A stretch of DNA of 64,000 nucleotides from Yuukianura sp. NJ FZ-2021. Lineage: Eukaryota. This document shows, piece after piece, positions 62,696-64,000 of the stretch. Location of the stretch: contig CM102284.1 in the NCBI GenBank assembly GCA_046563655.1, positions 62,001-126,000 of the forward strand. Reading direction: 5' to 3'. The notes under the pieces were generated by a model. It had not been told where the DNA came from. It saw only the letters and a program-made list of their open reading frames with translations, and ran no database searches. Numbering within the stretch: position 1 is the first letter of the stretch; each line of letters opens with the position of its first letter. The position numbers were made by a program, and so were the translations under genes.

Positions 62696-64000
62696 AGATA
62701 CTTTGGAGAAAGTTGATTCGTCATTTGCAGCCTTAGGAACTTTAATGATTAATTTGGAACTTAAAATGGCAACTGACCAAGTTTAAATAATTTTTGCAAG
62801 TGTATTGCATATTTCTCCAACATAAGAAGCATTTACTTCAGTAATAACTTCATTGTAAGTCTTGTTTTCATTTAAAAATTCCATTTTCAAACGGAAACAA
62901 AAACTAGAAAGAAAGCTGGTGAAAGTAAGGTGGAGAAAGTGAAATTGGAAAGCATTTGAACATTGAAGTTTGTCTGGACAAGCGAAAATTGATTTAGAGT
63001 TTGTGTTTTTAGAGTGGACAAAACTCAAAATGAAACTGAAAGTGGAGTCAACTCCTAAGAAGTCTCCCTGTTCTCAAGAACTTTCTGTGTTTTTCACACT
63101 CCAGAAATTGTAGTTTTCCTTACGAAATGCTGAAGGAAAAGCATGACAAATGACTTTTTACACAATAAAATTAAGTAAAACTGTCTTTCTTGTCTCTTCA
63201 CATGAAAAAGCAATAATTTCAGCATTAATTGGCCTTTTTAGTCCTGTTTTCGGTTACATGACCTGAAAAAAATGCATTTTTTAACTTTCAAAAGAAAAGG
63301 ACAAAGAAAGTTTAGGGAAAGGATGCAAAAGAAGTGAAATTGAGCAGCTTTTGGTACTTTCACTTGGATTTAAGTATCGAAAGTGCATGGAGATGGAGAA
63401 GACGTGAGTTTGGTGTTCAAAAACCAAAATAAAATTGAAGTGGAGTGAACTCCAATGGATTCTGCCTGTTCTGAAGAACTTTCTCCGTTTTTCCACACAA
63501 AATGTTTTGTTTTTGGGGGTTTGGAGTTGGGATGGTCCCTGCATGCATTTTTTCCATTGCCACCCACTCTCTCCCCCATCATCCAACTCCAAAAGAGTAA
63601 AATCCAAAGAAATCCTACTCCTTCCAGCTTCATATAAAAGGGAAGCTCGCCAAGTTTCTCCTCTTCACTCAATCCAGTGGAACCTCCAACGATCTCGTCC
63701 GCTTTGACCTTGACCTATGACCCTTCACTCTTGTTTTTATTATGACGAAGTGTTTGACCCAGAAGGTCAAGGTCATGGCATTTCCGGATGTTGATTTTAG
63801 AAAATTCAGTTAATCATTGATTAACTTTTAGTGGCATCTTGCTTCATTCGGAGATTTTTTGTGCGTTGGTTGAGGTGATTTTGGTTTCTTTTCCTTTTAT
63901 ATGAAGGCAAGAGGAGTAACTTGTTACTCTTCCGGTTCTATTTATAACATTTCCTATCCCAGGTGCGGACCTTTTCGGCTAACAAAAATTCCGCAACAAT
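62696..64000 (+). repeat. Unclassified dispersed repeat, copy D (runs off the window end)
   Basis: Aligns with copy A ~38502-39785; TATA at 63633, TCACTC with A at 63667. Confidence 0.92.

Noticed and set aside
1-64000. tRNA, rRNA or snRNA genes; horizontally acquired bacterial genes
   Set aside because: No recognisable sequence by eye, and all identified genes are intron-containing metazoan types. tRNAscan-SE or Infernal would be needed to exclude RNA genes formally.

Overview
Gene-dense eukaryotic DNA with short GT-AG introns. Protein motifs resemble insect/hexapod orthologues as recalled, but the taxon is not confirmed. Genes traced exon by exon: a secreted Pro-rich protein (-), CaMKII with cassette linker exons (-), tolloid/BMP1 (-), Zasp PDZ-LIM (+), a small type-I membrane protein (-), a tau/MAP2-family protein (+), CISD2 (+), an NT1/spaetzle2-like neurotrophin (+), an 11-exon His/Gly-rich secreted protein (-), an unknown coiled-coil gene (+), mitochondrial MDH2 (+) and a frameshifted USP22/nonstop-like deubiquitinase (+). 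Mobile and repeat DNA: a 4.6-kb Sola1-type transposon (AATT TSD, frameshifted DDD transposase) carrying a 59-bp satellite; two hAT-like and two TA-targeting MITEs; a 2.2-kb TIR element filled with three tandem arrays; and a dispersed 45-bp minisatellite. The most unusual structure is a non-coding ~1.2-1.8 kb repeat present four times plus one fragment. All five copies keep TATAAAA exactly 34 nt from an Inr-like TCA(C/T)TC, and copies A, B and C/C' point at a same-strand gene, suggesting a mobile promoter cassette. That function is inferred only. No rRNA, tRNA or CRISPR was seen, and no database searches were run.
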